A DNA stretch of 64,000 nucleotides from an uncultured Chloroflexia bacterium (GTDB lineage: Bacteria; Chloroflexota; Limnocylindria; QHBO01), in assembly GCA_963825525.1 (NCBI GenBank), contig CAWGTN010000002.1:1792001-1856000 (forward strand), given 5' to 3'. This document shows positions 1-8,524 of the stretch, piece by piece. Both the position numbers and the translations under genes were made by a program. Under the pieces are notes generated by a model. The model did no database searches. It saw only the letters and a list, made by a program, of their open reading frames with translations, and was not told the origin of the DNA. The stretch's first letter is position 1. Every line of letters starts with the position of its first letter.

Positions 1-209
1 GATTGCGCGTCGGGCGCCTGGAAACGCCGCGGACGACGACGCCTCCCGGCTCGGTCGCGGTGGCCGGAACCATGACCGCCATCTACCCCGCGGCCCTGCC
101 AGGCGGCTGGCGGATCATCGGGAACGCCACGCTGACCCTCTTCGACCCGCGATCGGATCGACCGGCGCTGTTGGTGCCCGGCGACCGCGTGCAGTTCGAG
201 CCGGCGTGA
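1..209 (+). CDS. pxpB: 5-oxoprolinase subunit B / KipI family, C-terminal part (5' truncated by window)
   Basis: RLETPRT..PPGSVAVAG..TAIYP...PGGWRIIG..FDP...LLVPGDRVQF; overlaps the pxpC start (GTGA). Confidence 0.88.
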   Translation, partial: LRVGRLETPRTTTPPGSVAVAGTMTAIYPAALPGGWRIIGNATLTLFDPRSDRPALLVPGDRVQFEPA

Positions 210-1141
210 TCGAGGTCGATGAGCCCGGCTTCCTGACCTCGGTCCAGACCGCGGCCGGACGGCCGGGTTGGCGGCACATCGGCGTCCCCGTCGGCGGCGC
301 CGCCGATCCGTGGAGCGCCCGGCTCGCCAACCGGCTCGTGGGCAACCCGGACGACGATGCGCTGCTCGAGATCGCGCTCGCCGGTCCGGCGCTCCGGTTT
401 CTGGACGCAACGACCATCGCCATTGCCGGGGCACGATTCGAGGCGACACTCGACGGCATGCCGATGGCCGCCAACACGGCACGCCACGCGCGGGGCGGGT
501 CGCTGCTGCGGATCGGCCGGGGGACCGGGGCACGGTGTTATCTCGCGGTCGCCGGCGGGTTCGTCACCGAGCCTGTGCTCGGCTCAGCCAGCACTGACTT
601 ACGGACCGGATTCGGCGGCCACGAGGGGAGGGCGTTGCGGCGAGGTGATCGAGTTGAGACCGGGCGGCCGAATGGAACCCTGTGCCGATGGCGGGGGACG
701 TTCGGCGACGGACCCATCCGCATCGTTGCGGGCGTGCATGGCGACGGCCTGCCACGGCTCACCGGTGTGGACTGGATCGTGAGTGAGATGGCGGACCGGA
801 CCGGGGTGCGCCTCGACGGTGCGCCGATCCAGCTCGAGCCGGCGGAGGTGGCCTCAATGGCCCTGCCGCTCGGCGCCATCCAGGTGCCACCCGACGGACG
901 GCCCATCGTCATGCTGGCCGACCGACCGGTGACGGGTGGCTATCCGGTGCCGGCGGTCGTCACGCGGGCCGACATCGGCCGGGTTGCGCAGCTGCTGCCG
1001 GGTCACGCCGTGCGTTTCGAGCTGGTCCCGACGGACGAGGCACGCCGGCTCCTCGGGGAGATGGAGCGCGAGCTCGCCGCGGTCGAGGTCATCGATCCGT
1101 CGACCGACGACGAGCCCGGGTGGGCCGGAGCCCTGCGCTGA
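206..1141 (+). CDS. pxpC: 5-oxoprolinase subunit C / KipA (biotin-dependent carboxyltransferase family)
   Basis: GGAAD..SARLANRLVGN, GSASTD, DRTGVRL, GAIQVPPDGRPIVMLADRPVTGGYP motifs. Confidence 0.9.
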   Translation: MIEVDEPGFLTSVQTAAGRPGWRHIGVPVGGAADPWSARLANRLVGNPDDDALLEIALAGPALRFLDATTIAIAGARFEATLDGMPMAANTARHARGGSLLRIGRGTGARCYLAVAGGFVTEPVLGSASTDLRTGFGGHEGRALRRGDRVETGRPNGTLCRWRGTFGDGPIRIVAGVHGDGLPRLTGVDWIVSEMADRTGVRLDGAPIQLEPAEVASMALPLGAIQVPPDGRPIVMLADRPVTGGYPVPAVVTRADIGRVAQLLPGHAVRFELVPTDEARRLLGEMERELAAVEVIDPSTDDEPGWAGALR

Positions 1142-1145
1142 TCGG

Positions 1146-1445
1146 CTAGTTCTGGAGCTCGCCCTGCGGCCGGAAGACGAGGCGCTCGGCGCCCTCCTCG
1201 GCGGTCACGTCGATGGCCGCTGCCTCGAGCGGCGTCGCCAGCTCGGGAGCGACGAACACGCGGAGACCGTCCTGTTCGGTCACCTGGTCGCCCTCGGCGG
1301 GATTCTCGGTGAAGCCCAGCCCGATGGTCACCTCACCCGGTTCGCTCGCTTCGGCAAAGACACGCAGGCCGTACGTCTCGGGCACGTCCTGGCCCTGTCG
1401 AAGCTCGGAGAGAAAGGTCGCGGCGTCGGGGGTGATCTGAAGCAC
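1146..1445 (-). CDS. HesB/IscA-like protein without cysteines (99 aa)
   Basis: GTG start at 1445 with AAGGAG RBS; LQITPDAA...GLRVF...GDQVTEQDGLRVFVAPE..LE...ID fits the HesB fold. Confidence 0.72.
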   Translation of the reverse strand: MLQITPDAATFLSELRQGQDVPETYGLRVFAEASEPGEVTIGLGFTENPAEGDQVTEQDGLRVFVAPELATPLEAAAIDVTAEEGAERLVFRPQGELQN

Positions 1446-1524
1446 TGCTTCTCCTTGGGATGTTCCTACGACCACAGGCGCCGCAAGACCGATGCCACCC
1501 CGCCTCTGGTAGCCTCGGAATCCG

Positions 1525-2256
1525 ATGAGCGAGACCGGCGCACCTCTTTCCGATGGGGCCTCGCCTGATGAGGCGGCTCCGACGCGCGCGGAGCGTTTCC
1601 AGCTGGTCACCGAGCTCGAGGCGGTGCTCGACGGCCCGGCCACCTACCTGGCACTGCTCTTCGCCGCGCTCCTGGTCGCCGAGATCGCGCTGTCGGCGCA
1701 GGGGATGGCGGTGCCGGCGGTCCTGGGCTGGATTCAGCTCGCGATCTGGGGCGTATTCGCGGTCCACTTCCTGCTTGGAATCACGATCAGCCCCGATCGC
1801 GGGCTATACCTGCGGCGCAACTGGCTGACGGCGCTGTCGCTGGTCGTTCCGTTCCTGCGTGTCTTCCGCGCGCTGCGAGTCATCGGCGCGATCCGAGCGA
1901 CCACCTCGCTCCGGGTGCTCGCCGGCTTCAACCGGTCGGCGCGCAGCCTTCGTGGGGTCCTGGCATGGACGCGCGCCGGGTACGCCGGCGCCCTGGCGTT
2001 GACCGCTGCGTTCCTAGGGTCGGCGGTGCTGCTGATGTTCGAGGCCGATGCGCCGAACTCCGAGATCACCGACTACCCGGAGGCGCTGTGGTGGGCATCC
2101 GCGACGCTCACCACTGTTGGTGCTGCCTCGGAGCCGGTGACCCTCGGCGGACGCATCGTGGCGCTGATCATCATGCTTGGTGGCCTGGTGCTTCTCGGCT
2201 ACGTGGCCGGGGTCCTCGCCGCCCTCCTCTTCGGCAAGCGGCCCAAGGGAAGCTAG
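1525..2256 (+). CDS. Voltage-gated-type ion channel (K+ channel superfamily) with atypical filter
   Basis: Several TM helices, S4-like LRVFRALRVIGAIR, pore helix EALWWASATLTTVG then AASEPVT..GR. Confidence 0.8.
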   Translation: MSETGAPLSDGASPDEAAPTRAERFQLVTELEAVLDGPATYLALLFAALLVAEIALSAQGMAVPAVLGWIQLAIWGVFAVHFLLGITISPDRGLYLRRNWLTALSLVVPFLRVFRALRVIGAIRATTSLRVLAGFNRSARSLRGVLAWTRAGYAGALALTAAFLGSAVLLMFEADAPNSEITDYPEALWWASATLTTVGAASEPVTLGGRIVALIIMLGGLVLLGYVAGVLAALLFGKRPKGS

Positions 2257-2780
2257 GGCTTCGGCTCGCCGGTCCAGCCCTTGACGCCCTGCAGTGAGGA
2301 TGTTCCAGCCGGGGAGCTCTCCCCGATGACCGAGAAGCTTCCGTCGGTCTCGAGCACGACGGCATGAACGGCGGCCACGCTCGCGAATCCGGCCTGTCGG
2401 ACGGCCTGGCTGACCTCTTCGGTGCTTACCCGCTGGGCGCGGGCCGCCTCGCTCAGCTCACGTCCCTCGAAAACGAGCAGTGTGGGCTCCGATTTCACCA
2501 GCTTGGGGATCACCTCGGTCCGTACGGACAGCCAGGTGATGACCAGCTGCAGGCCGATGAGGAGCGCGAACGCGGCCACGCCCTCCGCGAGCGCCACGTC
2601 CTTCGAGAGCAGGATGGTCGCCAGCGTGGAGCCCAGTGCCACCGTCACGATCAGGTCGAACGCGTTCATCTTGGCCAGCGTCCGCTTGCCCGCGACGCGG
2701 ACGAGCGCAATCAGCGCGGCGTAGGCGAGCGCGCCGACAAGCAGGGTTCGCCAGATGCCGGTCCAGTCGTCGAAGAACAT
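2253..2780 (-). CDS. DUF421 / YetF family membrane protein
   Basis: GKRTLAKMNAFDLIVTVALGS, KSEPTLLV, AVVLETDGSFSVI. Confidence 0.88.
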   Translation of the reverse strand: MFFDDWTGIWRTLLVGALAYAALIALVRVAGKRTLAKMNAFDLIVTVALGSTLATILLSKDVALAEGVAAFALLIGLQLVITWLSVRTEVIPKLVKSEPTLLVFEGRELSEAARAQRVSTEEVSQAVRQAGFASVAAVHAVVLETDGSFSVIGESSPAGTSSLQGVKGWTGEPKP

Positions 2781-2829
2781 GCCATCGGACTGTCGCAAGC
2801 GGTGGGCCAGCTGGCCGGTCCGGACCGGC

Positions 2830-3810
2830 TCAGTGTTCCGCGAGGATCTCCCGTAGCGTATCCGGACCCACGTTGCGGCCGGTGGTCACCACCGCCACGT
2901 TCCGGCCGCTCAGGTCGAGGAATTCGGGGCGGAGCGCCGCGATCCCGAGCGCCGCGCTCCCCTCGAGAAGCAGGTGCGGGACCTCCATGGCCCAGCGCAT
3001 CGCCTCGCCGATGGCCGCCTCGTCCACCAGCACCACCTCGTCGACGAACTGCCGGCACAGCTTCCAGGTGATGCTGGACTTCTCGATGTTGCCGGCCACG
3101 CCGTCGGCGAGGGTCGGCGCGATCGGCATCGGGTCGGTCGAGCCGGTCTCGAAATGCGCGTACATCGGCGGCGAGGCGGCTGGCTGGACGCCGATGAGAC
3201 GCAGATTCGGCTTCAAGGCCTTGGCCCACAGGCCGATGCCGGCGATCAGGCCGCCGCCGCCGATCGGCACCACGATGGTATCGACCTCCGGCCAGTCGGC
3301 GAGGATCTCGACGCCGACCGTCGCCTGGCCGGCGATGACGTCCGGGTCGTTGTAGGGCGGGATGTAGATCGCGTGGCCGGCGTCGTCGCGGCGGCGTGCC
3401 TCGGCCTCGGCGTCATCGGTGTCGTTGCCAACAAGCTCGACCGTGATGCGGTTCGTCTCCAGCGCGCGCAGCCGCTCGAGCTTGGCGGGCGAGACGGATC
3501 GACCGACGAGAACGGTGAGTCGCATGTCATGTCGCACGGCCGCGGTCGCAACCGCGATCCCGTGGTTGCCGCTGCTCGCCGTCACGAGCGCAGCCTCGGG
3601 TCGTTCGGACGCCACGATCGCAACCTTGTTGTGCGCCCCACGAGTCTTGAAGGCGCCGGTCGGCTGGACCTCTTCGCGCTTCAGGCGCACCTCGGCGGCG
3701 CCGGTCGCTTCGGCGAGCTCGCGGCTCGGCTCGAGCGGGGTGTGGAGGGCGATCCCGTTGAGGCGCGCCGTCGCGGCGTTGACATCGGCAAGGGAGGGCA
3801 TGCGCGGCAT
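2830..3810 (-). CDS. PLP-dependent threonine/serine dehydratase family protein
   Basis: LKREEVQPTGAFKTRGA, ASSGNHG, GQATVG, VPIGGGGLIAG, TLADG; no C-terminal regulatory domain. Start set at 3810 because TAGACT lies 7 nt upstream. Confidence 0.85.
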   Translation of the reverse strand: MPRMPSLADVNAATARLNGIALHTPLEPSRELAEATGAAEVRLKREEVQPTGAFKTRGAHNKVAIVASERPEAALVTASSGNHGIAVATAAVRHDMRLTVLVGRSVSPAKLERLRALETNRITVELVGNDTDDAEAEARRRDDAGHAIYIPPYNDPDVIAGQATVGVEILADWPEVDTIVVPIGGGGLIAGIGLWAKALKPNLRLIGVQPAASPPMYAHFETGSTDPMPIAPTLADGVAGNIEKSSITWKLCRQFVDEVVLVDEAAIGEAMRWAMEVPHLLLEGSAALGIAALRPEFLDLSGRNVAVVTTGRNVGPDTLREILAEH

Positions 3811-3853
3811 GCCGTCGAGTCTACGGCCGAATCCGCGCTTCATATCTCGCTCC

Positions 3854-3995
3854 TGGGAGTAACGGCCAGGTTGTGGCCGATTTGCACCGCCCCTGGGACG
3901 GTCGGCCAGGCAGAGGGCGTGATGTTGGCCGTTCTTGGTCCGCTACTGGGAAGATCGGCCGCATCCTGGCCCGTACTCCCACCCGCGAACCAACG
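3854..3995. repeat. ~130-bp palindromic intergenic element, copy 1
   Basis: 28-bp imperfect terminal inverted repeats (3854-3881 and 3954-3981, 24/28 matches); aligns without gaps to 8305-8446. Confidence 0.75.
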
Positions 3996-4010
3996 GCCCG
4001 GCCGGCCCAC

Positions 4011-4370
4011 CTAAGCGGCGGGGGCGGTCTCCGGCGCGGGCGTGTCGCGAAGTTCACGCAGGCGGATGCCGATGCGCATGAGCGAGCCCAGCCGATCCTC
4101 GACCCGTGCCCGCTCGACCGGCGTTGCCCAGTGGCGCAGCGAGAAGTCGACCTCGTGCTTGTGACGCTCGGCCGTGGCGAAGAGCTCTTCCACGCGTTGC
4201 CGGACGGAGTCGTCCGCGCCGCCGCCCGTGATGGCGCGGCGGCTGGCAAGAATCTCGACGTAATACGAGGTCGCCAGCCGATCGAGATCGCGCTGAGCAT
4301 CGTGATCCCAGGGCTCAGGCGGCCCCCCGAACCCGAACCTGCGCCATTCGCCCGGCTGAACCTGCTGCAT
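4011..4370 (-). CDS. Hypothetical protein (119 aa, predicted helical)
   Basis: GC3-rich codon usage, GAGGG upstream, no overlap with neighbours; no recognised family. Confidence 0.6.
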   Translation of the reverse strand: MQQVQPGEWRRFGFGGPPEPWDHDAQRDLDRLATSYYVEILASRRAITGGGADDSVRQRVEELFATAERHKHEVDFSLRHWATPVERARVEDRLGSLMRIGIRLRELRDTPAPETAPAA

Positions 4371-4447
4371 CGACTCGTCCCTCGCGGTGGTGGATTCCTC
4401 CCGAACAGAACCGTATCGGCGGGCGGGCCGGACCGCCAGATACCGGT

Positions 4448-5467
4448 ATGGCTACCGTCAGCCGGACCAATGGCGAGCGTCGTATCCTCATCAGACCCAT
4501 ACGCAATCCCACGCAGTGCCGCGCATCGCACGCGCGGCGGGAGCGGCGCAGCATCCGTCCTACGATCGACCGACACCTTCCCAAGCGCATCCGGCCCGCC
4601 TGGCGGGTCGTGCGCCGCACGATCACGAACTTCGTCGACGAGGAAGGGCTGCAGTGGTCGGGCGCGGTGGCCTTCTACCTCGTCCTGTCCGTGCCGCCGT
4701 TGCTGATCGCTGCGGTCTCCATCGGGGTCGTGGTCGTCGGCGCCGAGTCGGCGCGCAGCTTCCTGGTCGACCAGGTCGCGCGATTCCTGCCGGGCCAGCA
4801 GGGCGTCATCGAAGAGATCGTGGGACAGACGGTCGACGCCAGCGGGGCGGCGGTGGCCGCCGCCATCGGCTTCCTGCTCTTCTCGGGCAGCCGCGTCTTC
4901 GCCAGCCTGATCACCTCAATCAACCTCATGTGGCACGAGATCGAGCCGCCGGGGTTCTGGAAGCGCCAGGTCGAGCGGATCGTCATGGTCCTCACCATCG
5001 GCGCGCTGCTTGCCCTGGCGGGCGTCGCCGACGTGGCCTTCGCGTTTGCCGGGGAGCTCCTGAACCTGCCGGCCTCGGTGCGAGTACTTGCCCAGAGCCA
5101 GGTCGTGCCGGTCCTCTTCATCGGCACCGCCCTGTTCCTGCTCTTCTATCTCATCCCGCGCCGCGCGGCGACCTGGCAGACCGCGCTGATTGGCGCCGCG
5201 GTAGGGGCCGTTGCGCTGCGGGTGGCGCAGGTCGGGTTCACCACGTACGTCCGGACCTTCGGTGGCTTCGACTCCGCCTACGGGCCGATCGCCGGCCTGG
5301 CCGCAGTGCTCACCTGGGCGCTGGTCGCCTCGGCGGTGATCCTGCTGGCCGCGCACCTGGTGGCGGTGATGAACTCGCCCGACCGCGAGCCGCGGCGCGC
5401 AGATCACCACCAGCCGGGGGAGGCGGAGGCCAAGCGTCGCCCGAAGCCGAAGCGCCGGGAGGATTGA
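4448..5467 (+). CDS. YihY / virulence factor BrkB family membrane protein (start uncertain)
   Basis: AVAFYLVLSVPPLL and AYGPIAG...LTW motifs, about 6 TM helices. Confidence 0.85.
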   Translation: MATVSRTNGERRILIRPIRNPTQCRASHARRERRSIRPTIDRHLPKRIRPAWRVVRRTITNFVDEEGLQWSGAVAFYLVLSVPPLLIAAVSIGVVVVGAESARSFLVDQVARFLPGQQGVIEEIVGQTVDASGAAVAAAIGFLLFSGSRVFASLITSINLMWHEIEPPGFWKRQVERIVMVLTIGALLALAGVADVAFAFAGELLNLPASVRVLAQSQVVPVLFIGTALFLLFYLIPRRAATWQTALIGAAVGAVALRVAQVGFTTYVRTFGGFDSAYGPIAGLAAVLTWALVASAVILLAAHLVAVMNSPDREPRRADHHQPGEAEAKRRPKPKRRED

Positions 5468-5521
5468 CCTCGTTCCTGAGCCCGTGGGCGGCCTTTGTTA
5501 TCATCGGTCGGCCTCGCGCAC

Positions 5522-5596
5522 TGGGGAGTGGCCAAGCGGTAAGGCGCCTGACTCTGGATCAGGAGATCGAAGGTTCGAATCCTTCCTCCCCAGCCA
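5522..5596 (+). tRNA. tRNA-Gln (anticodon CTG)
   Basis: Acceptor TGGGGAG/CTCCCCA, D arm GCCAAGCGGTAAGGC, anticodon arm CCTGA-CTCTGGA-TCAGG, GGTTCGAATCC, encoded CCA; extended -10 TGtTATCAT at 5496-5504. Confidence 0.97.
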
Positions 5597-5639
5597 ACGA
5601 CCGCCGCCGCTACAGCGGCGGGTCAACCGAGTCCGAGGT

Positions 5640-6347
5640 TCAATCCTTCTTCGTGGCGGATACGTCGACGCATACGACTCCTTGGTTGCCGTCCTGGTCG
5701 GCGATCACGGTGAGCGATGGCGCGTCGCTGTCATCGACGACTGTGCCGCCCGCGGCGATGGCGGCGGCGATCCGTTGCTCGGCCACCTCGGGCGCCACAT
5801 AGACCTCGACGTGGAACCGCTGACGTGGGGCCTCGTGTTCATCCGCGTCGCCGAACCACAGGTTCGGTACCCGGCCCATGGCATCCCGGATCTCGTCGCT
5901 CGGTGACCCACGCCCTTGGGCTTCGGCGCTCCCGGTCAGCAGCGCGGCCCACACAGGTGCGATGGTCGCGGAGCGCGCCGTATCGAGGCCGAGCTCGATG
6001 TCGCTGACCGATGCCGGATCGGCGTCGATCCTGTGGTCCGCGGCGATCTCCGTGATCCGCCGCGCGAGGTCAATGTCCTGCTGGGTCACCCATTCGATGA
6101 CCAGTTCGGTGCCTTCGTCGTCACGGTAGATCGCGTCGTCGCTGACCAGCTTGAGGTCGACGTAGCCCTTGCCGATCGAAGCACGCGGGTGGTGGCCGAG
6201 CGCGTCACCGGCCTCGCCCACCGCGGCGACGAACCGGGCGCCGGTGGCAAAGTCGTCGACGAGATAGCGGGCGTGAAGCCCCTGGGCCAGCTTGCGCCAG
6301 TCGGCGAGGTTGGCCGCGGCGATCTGCTCGCCCTGCAACATGTCCAT
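5640..6347 (-). CDS. Pterin-4a-carbinolamine dehydratase domain fused to a VOC/glyoxalase-like domain
   Basis: N-terminal DF.TG..FV..VG..GD..GHHP...D..LAR.I; C-terminal LWF...RQRFHVEV...AGG.VVD...AD.DGN. Confidence 0.82.
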   Translation of the reverse strand: MDMLQGEQIAAANLADWRKLAQGLHARYLVDDFATGARFVAAVGEAGDALGHHPRASIGKGYVDLKLVSDDAIYRDDEGTELVIEWVTQQDIDLARRITEIAADHRIDADPASVSDIELGLDTARSATIAPVWAALLTGSAEAQGRGSPSDEIRDAMGRVPNLWFGDADEHEAPRQRFHVEVYVAPEVAEQRIAAAIAAGGTVVDDSDAPSLTVIADQDGNQGVVCVDVSATKKD

Positions 6348-6465
6348 GGGCGTTGAGTCTATCGGCCATCAGCGGCGGCGGCCTCGGAGGCTTGCCGGAA
6401 GGTCCCGCTCCCTCGAAACCCAGGACCCAGAATACCGCCGCTCGAACGGCCAACGCATCGGTGAA

Positions 6466-6491
6466 TGATTCATAACCGGCACTCCGGCGTA
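6466..6491 (+). promoter_or_regulatory. Candidate ECF-sigma promoter TGATTC-N15-GCGTA
   Basis: One mismatch from the TGATCC-N15-GCGTA ECF consensus as recalled; 50 nt upstream of the 6541 start. Confidence 0.4.
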
Positions 6492-6540
6492 TCGGAGGGG
6501 ATCGCAAGTCGCGGTCCATTCGAAACCAAGGAGAACCCTA

Positions 6541-7803
6541 GTGCGAACCTGGAAGCCGACGTCGCTGGCACTCGCGGGCATCATGGCCCTCGCCGCCTGC
6601 ACGTCCACCCCGGGCACATCCACCGAGCCGTCCGCGGCCGAATCGATGGCGCCCGAATCCATGGCCGCGGAGTCGATGGCTCCCGAGTCACCTCATGACA
6701 TGGGCGGTAACGCCGACATCACGAGCGATGCCGCCAACCTGCGAACCGACCTGAACTATCTGCTCGGTGAGCATCTCATCCTGGCCGCCAAGGCCACCGG
6801 CGCCGCGCTCGACGGGCGCAACGACCAGTTCACCGCTTATGGCGGACTGCTGAACACGAACGGCACCGAGCTCGGCGCCGCCATCGGCTCGATCTACGGC
6901 CAGGAGGCCGCTGACGAGTGGAACCGCATCTGGAGCGCCCACAACGGCTTCTTCGTCGACTACACCACCGGTGTGGCCACTGACGACCAGGCCGTGCAGG
7001 ACAAGGCCGTCGAGGATCTCACGACGATCTACGTGCCCGAGTTCAGCTCCTTCCTGGCCGGCGCCACCGGGCTGCCGGAGGACGCGATCACCTCGCTGGT
7101 GACCGATCACGTCGTCCAGACCGCCGCAGTCGTGGATGCCCAGGCTGCCGGTGACTGGGAGGCGACCTACGACGCCATCCGCGCCGCCTACGCGCACATG
7201 CAGATGATCGGTGATGCACTCGCCCCGGCCATTGCCGAGACGAACGACATCGAGGGCGATGCGGCCACGGCCGGCGTCGACTTCCGCGTCGCGCTGAACC
7301 AGCTCCTCCAGGAGCACCTGTTCCTGGCCAGCTTCGCCACCGATGCCGCCCTTGGCGGCCGGAACGATGAGTTCGCCGCGGCCGGCGCTGCGCTGAACAC
7401 CAACGGCACCGATCTCGGCGCCGCCATCGGCTCGATCTACGGCCAGGAGGCCGCTGACGAGTGGAACCGCATCTGGAGCGCCCACAACGGCTTCTTCGTC
7501 GACTACACCACCGGTGTTGCGACCGAGGACCAGGCCGTTCAGGACAAGGCCGTCGAGGATCTCACGACGATCTACGTGCCCGAGTTCAGCTCCTTCCTTG
7601 CCGGCGCCACCGGGCTGCCGGAGGACGCGATCACCTCGCTGGTGACCGATCACGTCCTGCAGACCAAGGCCGTCGTCGACGCCCAGGCATCGGGTGATGC
7701 CCAGGCTGCCGCCGATGCCGACCGGACCGCCGCCATGCACATGCGCATGATCGGTGACGCGCTCGCTCCGGCGATCGTGGAAGCCCAGCCGGACGCCTTC
7801 TAG
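6541..7803 (+). CDS. Lipoprotein with two tandem His-containing helical domains (similar proteins are often loosely labelled copper amine oxidase-like)
   Basis: AAGGAG RBS; lipobox LAAC; ESMAP repeat linker; duplicated 181-aa module with EHL, SAHNGFFVDY, DHV, HM. Confidence 0.8.
   Translation: MRTWKPTSLALAGIMALAACTSTPGTSTEPSAAESMAPESMAAESMAPESPHDMGGNADITSDAANLRTDLNYLLGEHLILAAKATGAALDGRNDQFTAYGGLLNTNGTELGAAIGSIYGQEAADEWNRIWSAHNGFFVDYTTGVATDDQAVQDKAVEDLTTIYVPEFSSFLAGATGLPEDAITSLVTDHVVQTAAVVDAQAAGDWEATYDAIRAAYAHMQMIGDALAPAIAETNDIEGDAATAGVDFRVALNQLLQEHLFLASFATDAALGGRNDEFAAAGAALNTNGTDLGAAIGSIYGQEAADEWNRIWSAHNGFFVDYTTGVATEDQAVQDKAVEDLTTIYVPEFSSFLAGATGLPEDAITSLVTDHVLQTKAVVDAQASGDAQAAADADRTAAMHMRMIGDALAPAIVEAQPDAF
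6850..7656 (+). repeat. Intragenic direct repeat, about 264 bp x2 (6850-7113 and 7393-7656, offset 543 nt)
   Basis: Near-identical by eye, about 8 substitutions and no indels. Confidence 0.92.
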
Positions 7804-7818
7804 CAGGCCACCTCTCTA

Positions 7819-7851
7819 GGGGCGGCTCCGGATCGTCCGGGCCGCCCCTTT
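7819..7851 (+). terminator. GC-rich stem-loop with short U tail between the lipoprotein and cupredoxin genes
   Basis: GGGGCGGCTCCGGA-TCG-TCCGGGCCGCCCC-TTT. Confidence 0.6.
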
Positions 7852-7874
7852 CTCATGTCTCCAGGAGAACGACC

Positions 7875-8279
7875 ATGCGACTCAGATTCCTTCTCCCCGT
7901 GCTGGCCCTCGGCCTCGCCGCGTGCAGCACCTCCGCCGCGAGCGCGGACCCTTCGTCGGCCGCACCTGCGTCCGAATCCATGGCCCCCGAAGCCGATGCC
8001 ATCGCGGTCAGCGTCCGCGACTTCATGCTCGATCCATCCGACCTCGAGGCCACCGGTCCCACGGTCACGTTCGATGTCACGAACGATGGCCCCACCCCCC
8101 ACAACCTCACCGTGCGCAATGAGGCCGGCGACGTCCTGCTGGCCACCGAGGATCTCAGCGTGGACGGCACCGAGACGATCAGCGGCGAGCTCGCGCCCGG
8201 CACCTACACGATCTTCTGCTCGCTTCCCGGCCACGAGAGCCTGGGCATGAGCGGCACCCTGACCGTGACCGGCGGCTGA
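7875..8279 (+). CDS. Cupredoxin (type-1 blue copper) lipoprotein
   Basis: AGGAG RBS; lipobox LAAC; HN...YTIFCSLPGHESLGM gives the His/Cys/His/Met ligand set. Confidence 0.9.
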   Translation: MRLRFLLPVLALGLAACSTSAASADPSSAAPASESMAPEADAIAVSVRDFMLDPSDLEATGPTVTFDVTNDGPTPHNLTVRNEAGDVLLATEDLSVDGTETISGELAPGTYTIFCSLPGHESLGMSGTLTVTGG

Positions 8280-8304
8280 CGTTCGGTTCGGGTTGGTCCG
8301 CCCG

Positions 8305-8446
8305 TGAGGCTATCGGCCAGGCAGTGGCCGAATTGCTTCGCCGGTGGGAGCGACGGCCAGGCGAAGGCCGGCTGCTTGGCCGCTCGTGGTCCGGCCCGGG
8401 GAATATCGGGCACTGAGTGGCCGTTGCTCCCACCGACGGACCAACG
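8305..8446. repeat. ~130-bp palindromic intergenic element, copy 2
   Basis: Ungapped alignment to 3854-3995, about 101/142 identical by manual count. Confidence 0.75.
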
Positions 8447-8524
8447 CTACGTGGCCGCGCGGGCCTATGGCTAGAATCGGGACCCCACCCCCACCCCAGC
8501 GACCCGCGGAGGACCTTGCCAGCG

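Noticed and set aside
3854-8446. CRISPR or mini-array reading of the CGGCCAGG repeats
   Set aside because: The cores are short, degenerate and arranged as inverted pairs, with no unique spacers between identical repeats and no cas genes.
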